The position numbers and the translations under genes were made by a program. The notes below the pieces were generated by a model that ran no database searches, had not been told where the DNA came from, and saw only the letters and a program-made list of their open reading frames with translations. This document shows positions 1 to 7,805 of a DNA stretch of 64,000 nucleotides, piece after piece. The stretch's first letter is position 1, and every line of letters starts with the position of its first letter. The DNA comes from Patescibacteria group bacterium (GTDB lineage: Bacteria; Patescibacteriota; Patescibacteriia; Patescibacteriales; UBA12465): the NCBI GenBank assembly GCA_041649315.1, contig JBAZNJ010000001.1, forward strand, positions 197,869-261,868, read 5' to 3'.

Positions 1-356
1 CCTAAAGCCACCAAACTGCCCCTTCCCCTTTCTTTTTGTCCTTCAGCCCAGTAAAGAGCAATCCCTATGAGCCACAAATCCCGATCATTTAATTGACTTA
101 TATCGCGGCGCGCCTCATCTTTAATTCTTTTAGTAGTAGAAATTCTTATTTCCCTTTTTCTTTCTCCACCCTTTCTTATGGCTGCCAGTTTCTTATCCGT
201 GAGCCTCTGCTTTTGTGATTGGCTCAATCCAACGCTTCTCAGCCACATAGAGAGTGTGGATTTAGCCACCGGAACCTCTTTCAAAATATCGGAATAGGAA
301 TAACCTCTTCTTCTAAACTTTACTGCTTTTTCTTTGTCGGATGTTTTAGATATCAT
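1..356 (-). CDS. N-terminal part of an HTH-containing protein with a LAGLIDADG-like motif (ORF runs off the window start)
   Basis: Hand translation of the minus strand from ATG at 356: MISKTSDKEKAVKFRRRGYSYSDILKEVPVAKSTLSMWLRSVGLSQSQKQRLTDKK...DLWLIGIALYWAEGQKERGRGSLVALG. The frame is open to position 1 and is absent from the ORF track because it is edge-truncated. There is an HTH-like segment, and 'LIGIALYWAEG' resembles the LAGLIDADG/..EG homing-endonuclease motif. Confidence 0.4.
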   Translation of the reverse strand, partial: MISKTSDKEKAVKFRRRGYSYSDILKEVPVAKSTLSMWLRSVGLSQSQKQRLTDKKLAAIRKGGERKREIRISTTKRIKDEARRDISQLNDRDLWLIGIALYWAEGQKERGRGSLVAL

Positions 357-534
357 GCGAACCACAATTAATGTTTTATTAATTATACCATCGTGGTTCT
401 AAAATACAAGTCCCGAGTCCTACCGTTAGACGATCCCGCAAATACCAAAATATCCTTCTTTCAGGATATTATGGAAAAAATAGCTAATTGTCAATTTAAA
501 CTAAACCGGGCAAACCCAAACACGACAAAGCGCG

Positions 535-870
535 CTAATCCGCGGACACCGGCAAACTCGCCAAACGGCGCTTAAGCTGTTCCGTGTATTCCATAACATC
601 CTTACGTAACTGGTAATTATCCGGACTGCCCGGCGGGATTTCCGAATAAACGGCGCTGATCTTAATAAGCGCTTCTCTTAATTTATCAAGCGCCGGTTCT
701 TCAAGCTGAGCCACTGAATTCGTGTTTAATAACCTTAAATCGTCCAAAACTGCATCCCAATCCTTGCCGGCGGCGTTAGCGCTTAAAACATCGACCTCTT
801 CCCTCACTAAAGCCATTTCTTCCTTGGTCAAAATCGGCTCACGCGACAAATTTTCAAAATTATTTTTCAT
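535..870 (-). CDS. hypothetical acidic helical protein (111 aa), last gene of the ftsEX string
   Basis: ORF track. It lies 27 nt downstream of ftsX on the same strand. No recognisable motif. Confidence 0.5.
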   Translation of the reverse strand: MKNNFENLSREPILTKEEMALVREEVDVLSANAAGKDWDAVLDDLRLLNTNSVAQLEEPALDKLREALIKISAVYSEIPPGSPDNYQLRKDVMEYTEQLKRRLASLPVSAD

Positions 871-897
871 AAATTTATTATCGCTATCCGGCCGCCC

Positions 898-1806
898 TTA
901 AACCTGGGCGTATTTCCGGACGGCGAATAAGCTCGCAATCGTATTGATAAATAAAATCGCGATGAATTGAGCGCCGAAAATCATTAAAAAATTCTCTAAA
1001 AAATAAGCCAAAATGTTAATATTATAACCCATGAAAAAAACTTCAAGATAAGGCTGAAGCAAAGTTAGAAAAGGAAAGAAAACCGCGATAATCAGTAGGG
1101 TTCCGAATAAAGCATAAATAAAAGCGGAAAAAATATAAGGCATATAGACAAAAAAGTTTGAAGCGCCGACGAGGCGCATGATTTCAATTTCCTGGCGATG
1201 CGTGTAAATCGCGACCCGAATCGCGTTATAAACTACTAACAAAGAAGTCAAGATAAAAATTCCAATAATGAACAAGCCGACCTCGTTGACCCGTTTCGTT
1301 ATAGTATTGATCTTCGCCAGGATAACGGTATTATCGGAAAAATCCCGTGATTCAATAATCGGATTATCAAGCACTTTAAGCTCATTGATCAACAAGCCGG
1401 ATTCTTCAAAATTACTCGGCGCAATTGTTAAACTTGGCGATAAAGGATTCCGACCGAGTTCTTTTAAAGCCGCTAAAACCGCGGAATTATTCTCATATTT
1501 TTTCCGGAAAGATTCAATCGCTTCTTCTTTAGAAATATAGGAAACGCTTTTAACCCGCGGCGAAGAAGCAATTTGAGCGCGCAGGGCCTGGATTTCGCTT
1601 TCCGGCGTTTCCGCTTTCAAATATAAACTGATATCAATCTTTTCTTTGATTGCCGCGGCCGCGCCATCACTAATCAGCCGGACCGTAATTAAAGTATTTA
1701 TGGAAAAAAGCGCGAGCAATAAAATCGTAATCGTCGCAATAGTGAGCCAGGCGTTCCGGCCGATATCCTGTAAGCTGAATTTTATTATCCGATAGAGAGA
1801 AAGCAT
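898..1806 (-). CDS. ftsX: cell-division ABC-transporter permease-like protein FtsX
   Basis: 302 aa with an N-terminal TM helix, a large extracytoplasmic loop and three C-terminal TM helices. It lies directly downstream of ftsE (8-nt gap). Confidence 0.85.
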   Translation of the reverse strand: MLSLYRIIKFSLQDIGRNAWLTIATITILLLALFSINTLITVRLISDGAAAAIKEKIDISLYLKAETPESEIQALRAQIASSPRVKSVSYISKEEAIESFRKKYENNSAVLAALKELGRNPLSPSLTIAPSNFEESGLLINELKVLDNPIIESRDFSDNTVILAKINTITKRVNEVGLFIIGIFILTSLLVVYNAIRVAIYTHRQEIEIMRLVGASNFFVYMPYIFSAFIYALFGTLLIIAVFFPFLTLLQPYLEVFFMGYNINILAYFLENFLMIFGAQFIAILFINTIASLFAVRKYAQV

Positions 1807-1814
1807 AATTTTAA

Positions 1815-2495
1815 TTATAATAGATATTTGCCGCGCTCGCGATCGCTGATTATCCGGCCGCCGTCCATAGTAACGACACGCTTATTCAAATAATTAACGA
1901 TTTCTTTATTATGCGTTACCAGGATAACAGTCGTCCCAAATTTATTTATCCTTAATAATAGATCAATAATTTCATTAGCATTAATCGCATCTAAATTTCC
2001 GGTCGGCTCATCCGCTAATAAAATTTTCGGCTGATGGACTAAGGCGCGGGCAATCGCCGCCCGCTGGCGTTCACCGCCGGAAACTTCATGCGGATAGCGG
2101 TCGCCTTTATTTTCTAAACCGACAATCTTTAAAACGCTCGGCACGATTTTTTTTATCTTCGCGGTCTTGCCGGCGCAAACTTCTAAGGCAAAGGCGGCGT
2201 TTTCCGCCAAGGTCTTTTTCGGCAACAATTTAAAATCCTGGAAGATTACGCCGATTTGCCTTCGCAAAAACGGCACTTCCCGCCGACTAAGCCGCGTAAT
2301 ATCCCAATCGCCAATCAAAACTTTTCCTTCGTCCGCCCGCTCCTCGCCAATCAAAAGCCGGACCAGAGTCGTCTTACCGGCGCCGGATTGCCCAACGATA
2401 GATACAAATTCGCCCGGCGCGATACTCAAATTAACGTCCTCTAAAACGCGATTCTTTTTGCCGTAATTTTTGTAAACGCCTGATAAGTTAATCAT
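1815..2495 (-). CDS. ftsE: cell-division ATP-binding protein FtsE
   Basis: Walker A GQSGAGKTT, ABC signature VSGGERQR, Walker B ILLADEPTGNLD. 226 aa, paired with ftsX. Confidence 0.9.
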   Translation of the reverse strand: MINLSGVYKNYGKKNRVLEDVNLSIAPGEFVSIVGQSGAGKTTLVRLLIGEERADEGKVLIGDWDITRLSRREVPFLRRQIGVIFQDFKLLPKKTLAENAAFALEVCAGKTAKIKKIVPSVLKIVGLENKGDRYPHEVSGGERQRAAIARALVHQPKILLADEPTGNLDAINANEIIDLLLRINKFGTTVILVTHNKEIVNYLNKRVVTMDGGRIISDRERGKYLL

Positions 2496-2514
2496 AAATG
2501 CGGGGCTAATCTGT

Positions 2515-4056
2515 TTATTTAAGCAAAGTCAGGCCGTAACGGATTAATAGCTCATTATCTAAAAAATTCTCGGCCTTGCTTTTAGAATTAAAATTAACCG
2601 CAATCAAATTACCTTGCGGCGTGGCTACCCGAGTCATTAAAGTATAGCCGGACTCATCAATATAGCCGGTCTTTGAACCGCTAATGGAATAATTATTATT
2701 TTTCAAAAGCTGGTTCGTGTTATTAAGGGTATGCTTCTTTTTTGTGTTCACGGTCGTAAAAGTATAACGCCGGGTCGTGCTGATTTTACTAATCAAGGGA
2801 TCGGAAAATACTTCTTTAGTTATTATAGCATAATCAAGCGGCGAACTCACATTGGCCGGCGCTAATCCAGTCGGCTCAACAAAATGCGTTCCGCTCGCCC
2901 CCCATTCCTTAACGCGCTCATTCATCCGGGCAATAAAATCCGCCCGGCTCAAGCCGCTTACTCGCACCAAAGTTTCCATGGCGTTATTAGCCGAGCCGAC
3001 TAAGATACTATACAATAAATCCTCAATCGTCATTGTTTCACCTTCGCTCACTCTTAGCTTCGCCGACTCCCAGGGCTTACAATATTCATAATTATATCTT
3101 TCATCCTGATATTTATAAGCAACAACTTTTTTTAAATCCGGTTTGGTTTCCAAAAAAATCTTAGCCGCGACTAATTTCGTCAAACTTGCCAAGGGCGCCA
3201 CGGCAGCCTCATTTTTCCCCCAAAGGACGCTCCCGTCTTTTTCCGATAAGATAACGGCCGAGGCCGCCGTAATATTTAAATCCGCCGTGGTCTGCGGTAC
3301 AGCTTTTTTCACTTCCGGAATAACAATTTTTAAGGGTTCAATCCGAACCGAAACTAGTCCGGCGCCCGGCGAAGCGATTTTAGAAAAAGCCACATAATCA
3401 AGATCAATTACCCGATCCGGATGCTTGTCCCGCTCCGGTCCCCAGTCATTAATCGTCACATCCACAAATTTCCCGTTATCAAGATTATAAACCCGGACGA
3501 GCGACCCTTTGGCCAAATCCGGCGAAGCCGCAAACAAGCCGTTCTTATATTTATACCAGCTTGCCGTACCGACCGTCATTATTTCCGGATTGCTTAAAAC
3601 CACTAAACGGCCGGATAAAGATTTCGTTTCCGCGCTCACGTATTGCTCCCGTGGCCAATCCCGCGTCGCAACCGGCCGCCAAATATCCGACAATTCATCA
3701 TAAATATAAATCTGTTTGAATTTATTATTATTCTCTGAATAATGAATCTTTATTTCTAAAGGCCAAATCGGATCATATAATCCGGTAGTTGAGAAAGAAT
3801 ACTCATAAACCGGAGTAAGCGCTTTTAATTCCCAGGGTAAGCCCTCGGCTGTTGCTTCGGCCGCAATATTTAAAGTTGTCGGCGCCGTAAACGCCGTCGC
3901 CGGATAATTTATTTCCAGTCCAGCCGAAGTTGCCGCTTCCGACGGAGCCAAAATCGGCGCGACCGTTAGTACTGCGGCGATTAAAAAAGCGGCTAAAGTT
4001 GAGACCGATAAAATCTTTTTATTACTCTTAAATTTAATCATTTTAAACATAAGCAT
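2515..4056 (-). CDS. secreted fusion protein: RlpA-like double-psi beta-barrel domain plus S11 D-alanyl-D-alanine carboxypeptidase domain
   Basis: N-terminal signal/TM. The RlpA-like segment is ASWYKYKNGLFAASPDLAKGSLVRVYNLDNGKFVDVTINDWGP. The PBP5-type motifs are SLTK (SxxK), SAN (SxN) and KTG (SKTGYI). Confidence 0.8.
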   Translation of the reverse strand: MLMFKMIKFKSNKKILSVSTLAAFLIAAVLTVAPILAPSEAATSAGLEINYPATAFTAPTTLNIAAEATAEGLPWELKALTPVYEYSFSTTGLYDPIWPLEIKIHYSENNNKFKQIYIYDELSDIWRPVATRDWPREQYVSAETKSLSGRLVVLSNPEIMTVGTASWYKYKNGLFAASPDLAKGSLVRVYNLDNGKFVDVTINDWGPERDKHPDRVIDLDYVAFSKIASPGAGLVSVRIEPLKIVIPEVKKAVPQTTADLNITAASAVILSEKDGSVLWGKNEAAVAPLASLTKLVAAKIFLETKPDLKKVVAYKYQDERYNYEYCKPWESAKLRVSEGETMTIEDLLYSILVGSANNAMETLVRVSGLSRADFIARMNERVKEWGASGTHFVEPTGLAPANVSSPLDYAIITKEVFSDPLISKISTTRRYTFTTVNTKKKHTLNNTNQLLKNNNYSISGSKTGYIDESGYTLMTRVATPQGNLIAVNFNSKSKAENFLDNELLIRYGLTLLK

Positions 4057-4085
4057 TGACTAAGTTATTTCTTTAAGATTATAAT
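4056..4085 (+). promoter_or_regulatory. sigma70-type promoter candidate for the tRNA-Gly/tRNA-Thr pair
   Basis: TTGACT (4056-4061), an 18-nt spacer, then TATAAT (4080-4085), about 44 nt upstream of the first tRNA. Confidence 0.6.
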
Positions 4086-4128
4086 AGAAATCGTAATGGT
4101 TTTTAAAAGATAAGCTTGGCCATTTACC

Positions 4129-4200
4129 GCGGGTGTCGTATAATGGTTATTACATCAGCTTCCCAAGCTGAGGAAGGCGGTCCGATTCCGCTCACCCGCT
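4129..4200 (+). tRNA. tRNA-Gly (anticodon CCC)
   Basis: Hand-folded cloverleaf. Acceptor GCGGGTG/CACCCGC. Anticodon arm TCAGC-TTCCCAA-GCTGA. T arm GGCGG-TCCGATT-CCGCT. Similar to E. coli tRNA-Gly(CCC). CCA is not encoded. Confidence 0.85.
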
Positions 4201-4234
4201 CACCCGTTTTTACATTAAGGATATAACCATCAAC

Positions 4235-4307
4235 GCCGAGATAGCTCAGTTGGTAGAGCGACGCACTCGTAACGCGTAGGTCGCGGGTCCGATTCCCGCT
4301 CTCGGCT
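4235..4307 (+). tRNA. tRNA-Thr (anticodon CGT)
   Basis: Acceptor GCCGAGA/TCTCGGC. D arm GCTC-AGTTGGTA-GAGC. Anticodon loop CTCGTAA. T arm GCGGG-TCCGATT-CCCGC. Close to E. coli tRNA-Thr(CGU). Confidence 0.9.
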
Positions 4308-4319
4308 CACTAAAGGACT

Positions 4320-4745
4320 CTAATCAAAAAAATATTTTAACCACTTCTCCCGCTTGCTCCCGGGCGTGGCGTCATTTTTTATAACCTCTTTTCCCGGCAA
4401 GGGCTTATCTTCAATCACAATTACGGCCTCGCCGGGTTTTTTTAAATTAAGATTCAAACGGGCCTGTTCCTCTAAGGATTGATCGGACTGTAAATAGGCC
4501 ATTAAATCTTTCAATTCCTGATTCTGGGTCTCAAATTCCTCAATCTGACGTTTGACTTCCGCGATTTCCCGTTCAACCATAAGCTTTTGGCTATGTGCCC
4601 GGGCTAAAGGGAAAATTATGATTACTAGAAAAGCTAAGCCGATAATCGCCAAAAAACGCTGGCTGGAAACCAGGCGGTAGAAAAAGCCGTGTTCCGAGGC
4701 CGCGGTCTCTGGATAAACCGGGCGGCTATGTCCATACTTATTCAT
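4320..4745 (-). CDS. septum-formation initiator family protein (FtsB/DivIC-like)
   Basis: 141 aa with a single TM helix followed by a coiled coil. It ends in ...SLEEQARLNLNLKKPGE, typical of FtsB/DivIC. Confidence 0.7.
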   Translation of the reverse strand: MNKYGHSRPVYPETAASEHGFFYRLVSSQRFLAIIGLAFLVIIIFPLARAHSQKLMVEREIAEVKRQIEEFETQNQELKDLMAYLQSDQSLEEQARLNLNLKKPGEAVIVIEDKPLPGKEVIKNDATPGSKREKWLKYFFD

Positions 4746-4858
4746 TTTCCCAATATATTAGTTTATTCGGCCGCCTTGATTGAATTCAGTGCTATCTTCA
4801 CTCTCACTTCATGGTTTTTATTATAACATAATCGGAAACGGGAGCCAACCGCAATTTA

Positions 4859-4895
4859 TAAAAAAAGCCGTATTATATAATAATATAATACGGCT
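4859..4895 (-). terminator. rho-independent terminator downstream of the 67-aa ORF
   Basis: Perfect 13-bp stem AGCCGTATTATAT/ATATAATACGGCT with a 4-nt loop. On the minus strand it is followed by a run of T residues. Confidence 0.65.
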
Positions 4896-4913
4896 TGCTT
4901 GACCTTAAAAAAT

Positions 4914-5117
4914 TTATTTATTATCTGCTAAGACCACTTGGTCAACAGTGGTAGGAACAGAATTTTTTGCACTATTGTCATTATCAATTTTACCGGCGTT
5001 CAACATCAGTATACTACCGATAATAACAAGGGGCATAACAATTGCTATACCGATCCATCCGAATCTATTAGCTCTACGAACCCTTTGTTCGTAATTTCTT
5101 TGCTGAATTTGTGTCAT
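4914..5117 (-). CDS. small single-pass membrane protein (67 aa)
   Basis: ORF track. It has one hydrophobic helix (WIGIAIVMPLVIIGSILML) and its own terminator. Confidence 0.4.
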   Translation of the reverse strand: MTQIQQRNYEQRVRRANRFGWIGIAIVMPLVIIGSILMLNAGKIDNDNSAKNSVPTTVDQVVLADNK

Positions 5118-5492
5118 GACTTTAAATATTTGGTTAGTAAATAAATTTTTATTTTAAACTCCTTAGTTTTTTTAACTTCAGAGCTTTATTTTTTAATGTG
5201 CTAATTTATTTGTTTAATGTCAATATTGACATTATCTAAATAAAATATCATCTTTAATTACCAATAGTATAGCATATTAAAATAATTTTGTCAATACCTC
5301 AAGCCCATATTTAATATATTTTAGCTATTATTAAATAAAAATTGTGTTATAAAACATCCAGGCGGTAATCAAAAATTGTGTTTTGAGCTATGCGAGCGAC
5401 AATAAATAAAAAAGCTATAATCTATTATTAGAATATAGCTAAATAATTTAATCTCTTAGCTTTAAAGCCCGAGAAATCCCAAACCTTATTGA

Positions 5493-7118
5493 CTAACTAT
5501 TCTTTTCTCCCGGCCGCATCTTCGGCGTCACCCAAAACCCCATATACCGGCCGAACATCAAGCGGACCTGCGCTTCAAGGCAAGGAATCGCTCCGAAAAC
5601 AATAATCGTTATCGGAACCGTAATCCATTCGAGAGTCATTAAGATTTTTTTACCAAAACGGCAATTCTTCGGACGCGGCGGCAAAAGCAGGGTTGAAACA
5701 ACAGCCGACAAAATCAAACCGATCATCGCCACGTTCATCAAATTCTGGGTAATTGCCGGCAAATTGCCGGATAAGACCGTAGAATTAAAACGATCGCCGC
5801 CTAAAAGCATGGGCAGCCAGCCAATAACGCCAATAATCAAAGCGTTCGTCGCCCAGGCATGGAAACCATAAATCTGGATAATAATATGTCCCCGAATAAT
5901 TCCCCGTTTAAAACCCTGAACGCCGCGTTTTTTCCAGGCGTTAAATATTAAATAAGGAATATTCTCGCCGCCCCAGGCCCAGCGCCGCTGCTGCTTATAT
6001 AAACTTTTTGCCGTCCGCTTTATCCCTTGGTCACAGGTGACATCCATTGAAACCTGGTAATGAATCGGCTCAACCCGATAGTGTCCGTTATAAAACATCA
6101 GGCAATGCCAAAAAATCCGTGAATCCTCGGAAACATTTTTAGTTGACCAAAAGCCGATTTCAACCAAAGCCTTCCAAGTCATGGAATGAGAGGAATAAGT
6201 AACTAAGCTTTCCTGCCGAACCTGCATAATCATCTGCCAAAAAGTATTGGAGGCGGCGGCTACCCGGGAGAAAAAAGGCGCATTCCAGATATTATTATGA
6301 TAAACCGGCACCGGCTGATAGCTGGCATAATAAGGGTCGTCAACCGTTAGAAATTTATAAGTTAAAGCAAAAAAATAACCGGCCCGGATAACCGTATCAA
6401 TATCAAAAACGCTGACTAAAATCTTATCATAATCAAGTTTTTCCTGATCGATAATTTCGCGCTTAACTTCTTGCGCCGCCCAGGCCTGATTAGCTCCTTT
6501 GCCCTTTAACTCGCCCGGCAGGCCGTCCGGATGAAAAGTGATTAAGAAGCGCCCGAACTTATCGCCGAATTCCGCGCGAATAATTTCCGCTCGCTGATAA
6601 GCTTCTTCTCCGGCCCGGGCTTCCATGGCTAAAACAACGATCATCCGGGCTGATGAAAAATTATCTTTTAAAATAGATTCTAAGCAACCCCTAATAATCT
6701 CCACGCCCTCAAACGCGGTCGGTAAAATAACTAGTTGCCACAAATCATCCCAGGCCACGCCTTGCGCCGCTAAGGATTTTGGCGCGACATCTGAATTAGG
6801 CGCGCCGGGGTTAACTTTAAGCTGTTCACACTTTTCCCGCCAATCTATTCGCAAACCCTTTTTTAAACGGCGATACGCGGCAATTAAAAAAATCGCCATA
6901 TAGATAACCAGTAAAAGCCAATAAACATCAAAAGCGATAATAAAATAAGCGACCCAGACCGGTTTAAAATAAGACAGGATTATTAAAACTAAAAGAGTAG
7001 CGATAGATAAAACTCCGGGGAAAATTTCCAAAAGACGATAGATTTTCCGGTCATGACCAAAAAGATCGGTGGCCTTGCCGATTTTAAGATAATTAATATT
7101 CTGCTCAGTCTGTTCCAT
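5493..7118 (-). CDS. integral-membrane family-2 glycosyltransferase (processive beta-glycan synthase type)
   Basis: 541 aa with N- and C-terminal TM bundles. DxD-type motif (FDIDTV) and the QxxRW motif (KQQRRWAWG) of processive GT2 synthases. Confidence 0.8.
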   Translation of the reverse strand: MEQTEQNINYLKIGKATDLFGHDRKIYRLLEIFPGVLSIATLLVLIILSYFKPVWVAYFIIAFDVYWLLLVIYMAIFLIAAYRRLKKGLRIDWREKCEQLKVNPGAPNSDVAPKSLAAQGVAWDDLWQLVILPTAFEGVEIIRGCLESILKDNFSSARMIVVLAMEARAGEEAYQRAEIIRAEFGDKFGRFLITFHPDGLPGELKGKGANQAWAAQEVKREIIDQEKLDYDKILVSVFDIDTVIRAGYFFALTYKFLTVDDPYYASYQPVPVYHNNIWNAPFFSRVAAASNTFWQMIMQVRQESLVTYSSHSMTWKALVEIGFWSTKNVSEDSRIFWHCLMFYNGHYRVEPIHYQVSMDVTCDQGIKRTAKSLYKQQRRWAWGGENIPYLIFNAWKKRGVQGFKRGIIRGHIIIQIYGFHAWATNALIIGVIGWLPMLLGGDRFNSTVLSGNLPAITQNLMNVAMIGLILSAVVSTLLLPPRPKNCRFGKKILMTLEWITVPITIIVFGAIPCLEAQVRLMFGRYMGFWVTPKMRPGEKNS

Positions 7119-7232
7119 AGATCATTTATGCTTCCGTGCCTGAAATTATTAATATGGGCGAAAAAATATTTTACAAAATTTACCAAAATATCGGAAATAG
7201 GACAAAAATGGGATTTAGCGACAGCCCTTAAA

Positions 7233-7802
7233 TCAAACCGCGCCCCTTCTTTTTAGCTCAAAAAAACATTCCGCGCAAGCGGCCACGTCAAAAGCGGCAT
7301 CATGCGCTTCCGGAAAATCGCGGGAAAAAAGATGGCGATATAATTCGGTTAAATTCGGCCATTTATAACCGCCGCGCGGACTCGGAATCTTAGTCACGGC
7401 CACACTGGATTTCATGGTACAAATTTTATTTACCGCCGGCAAATTTCCTAATTTTTCTCTTAATAATTCCGAACCGACGATTTTTTCGTCAAAATCAATA
7501 TTATGCGCCACTAAATCAGAGGTGGTTTTAAGGTCGCGTAAAAAATGTTCTAAAGCCAAGCGCAGTTCCACCCCCTCTTTTAAAGCCCGCTCCTGAGAAA
7601 TTCGATGGATTTTAGCAACCTCATCAGAAATAACAAAATTGACCGGCCGAATAATATAATTTTGGCTTTCCCATTGGTTCCCCTCTTGATCATACAAACT
7701 CCAGGCCAATTGGACAATCCGCGGCCAATTTAAAAAATCATCAAGCGGCGCTTGATAATTACGAGGCAAACCGGTTGTTTCCGTATCAAAAAATAAATAC
7801 AT
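7233..7802 (-). CDS. DEDDh 3'-5' exonuclease (DnaQ/epsilon-like)
   Basis: Exo I FFDTETTGL, Exo II AHNIDFDEK, Exo III HDAAFDVAA. 189 aa. Confidence 0.8.
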   Translation of the reverse strand: MYLFFDTETTGLPRNYQAPLDDFLNWPRIVQLAWSLYDQEGNQWESQNYIIRPVNFVISDEVAKIHRISQERALKEGVELRLALEHFLRDLKTTSDLVAHNIDFDEKIVGSELLREKLGNLPAVNKICTMKSSVAVTKIPSPRGGYKWPNLTELYRHLFSRDFPEAHDAAFDVAACAECFFELKRRGAV

Positions 7803-7805
7803 AAT

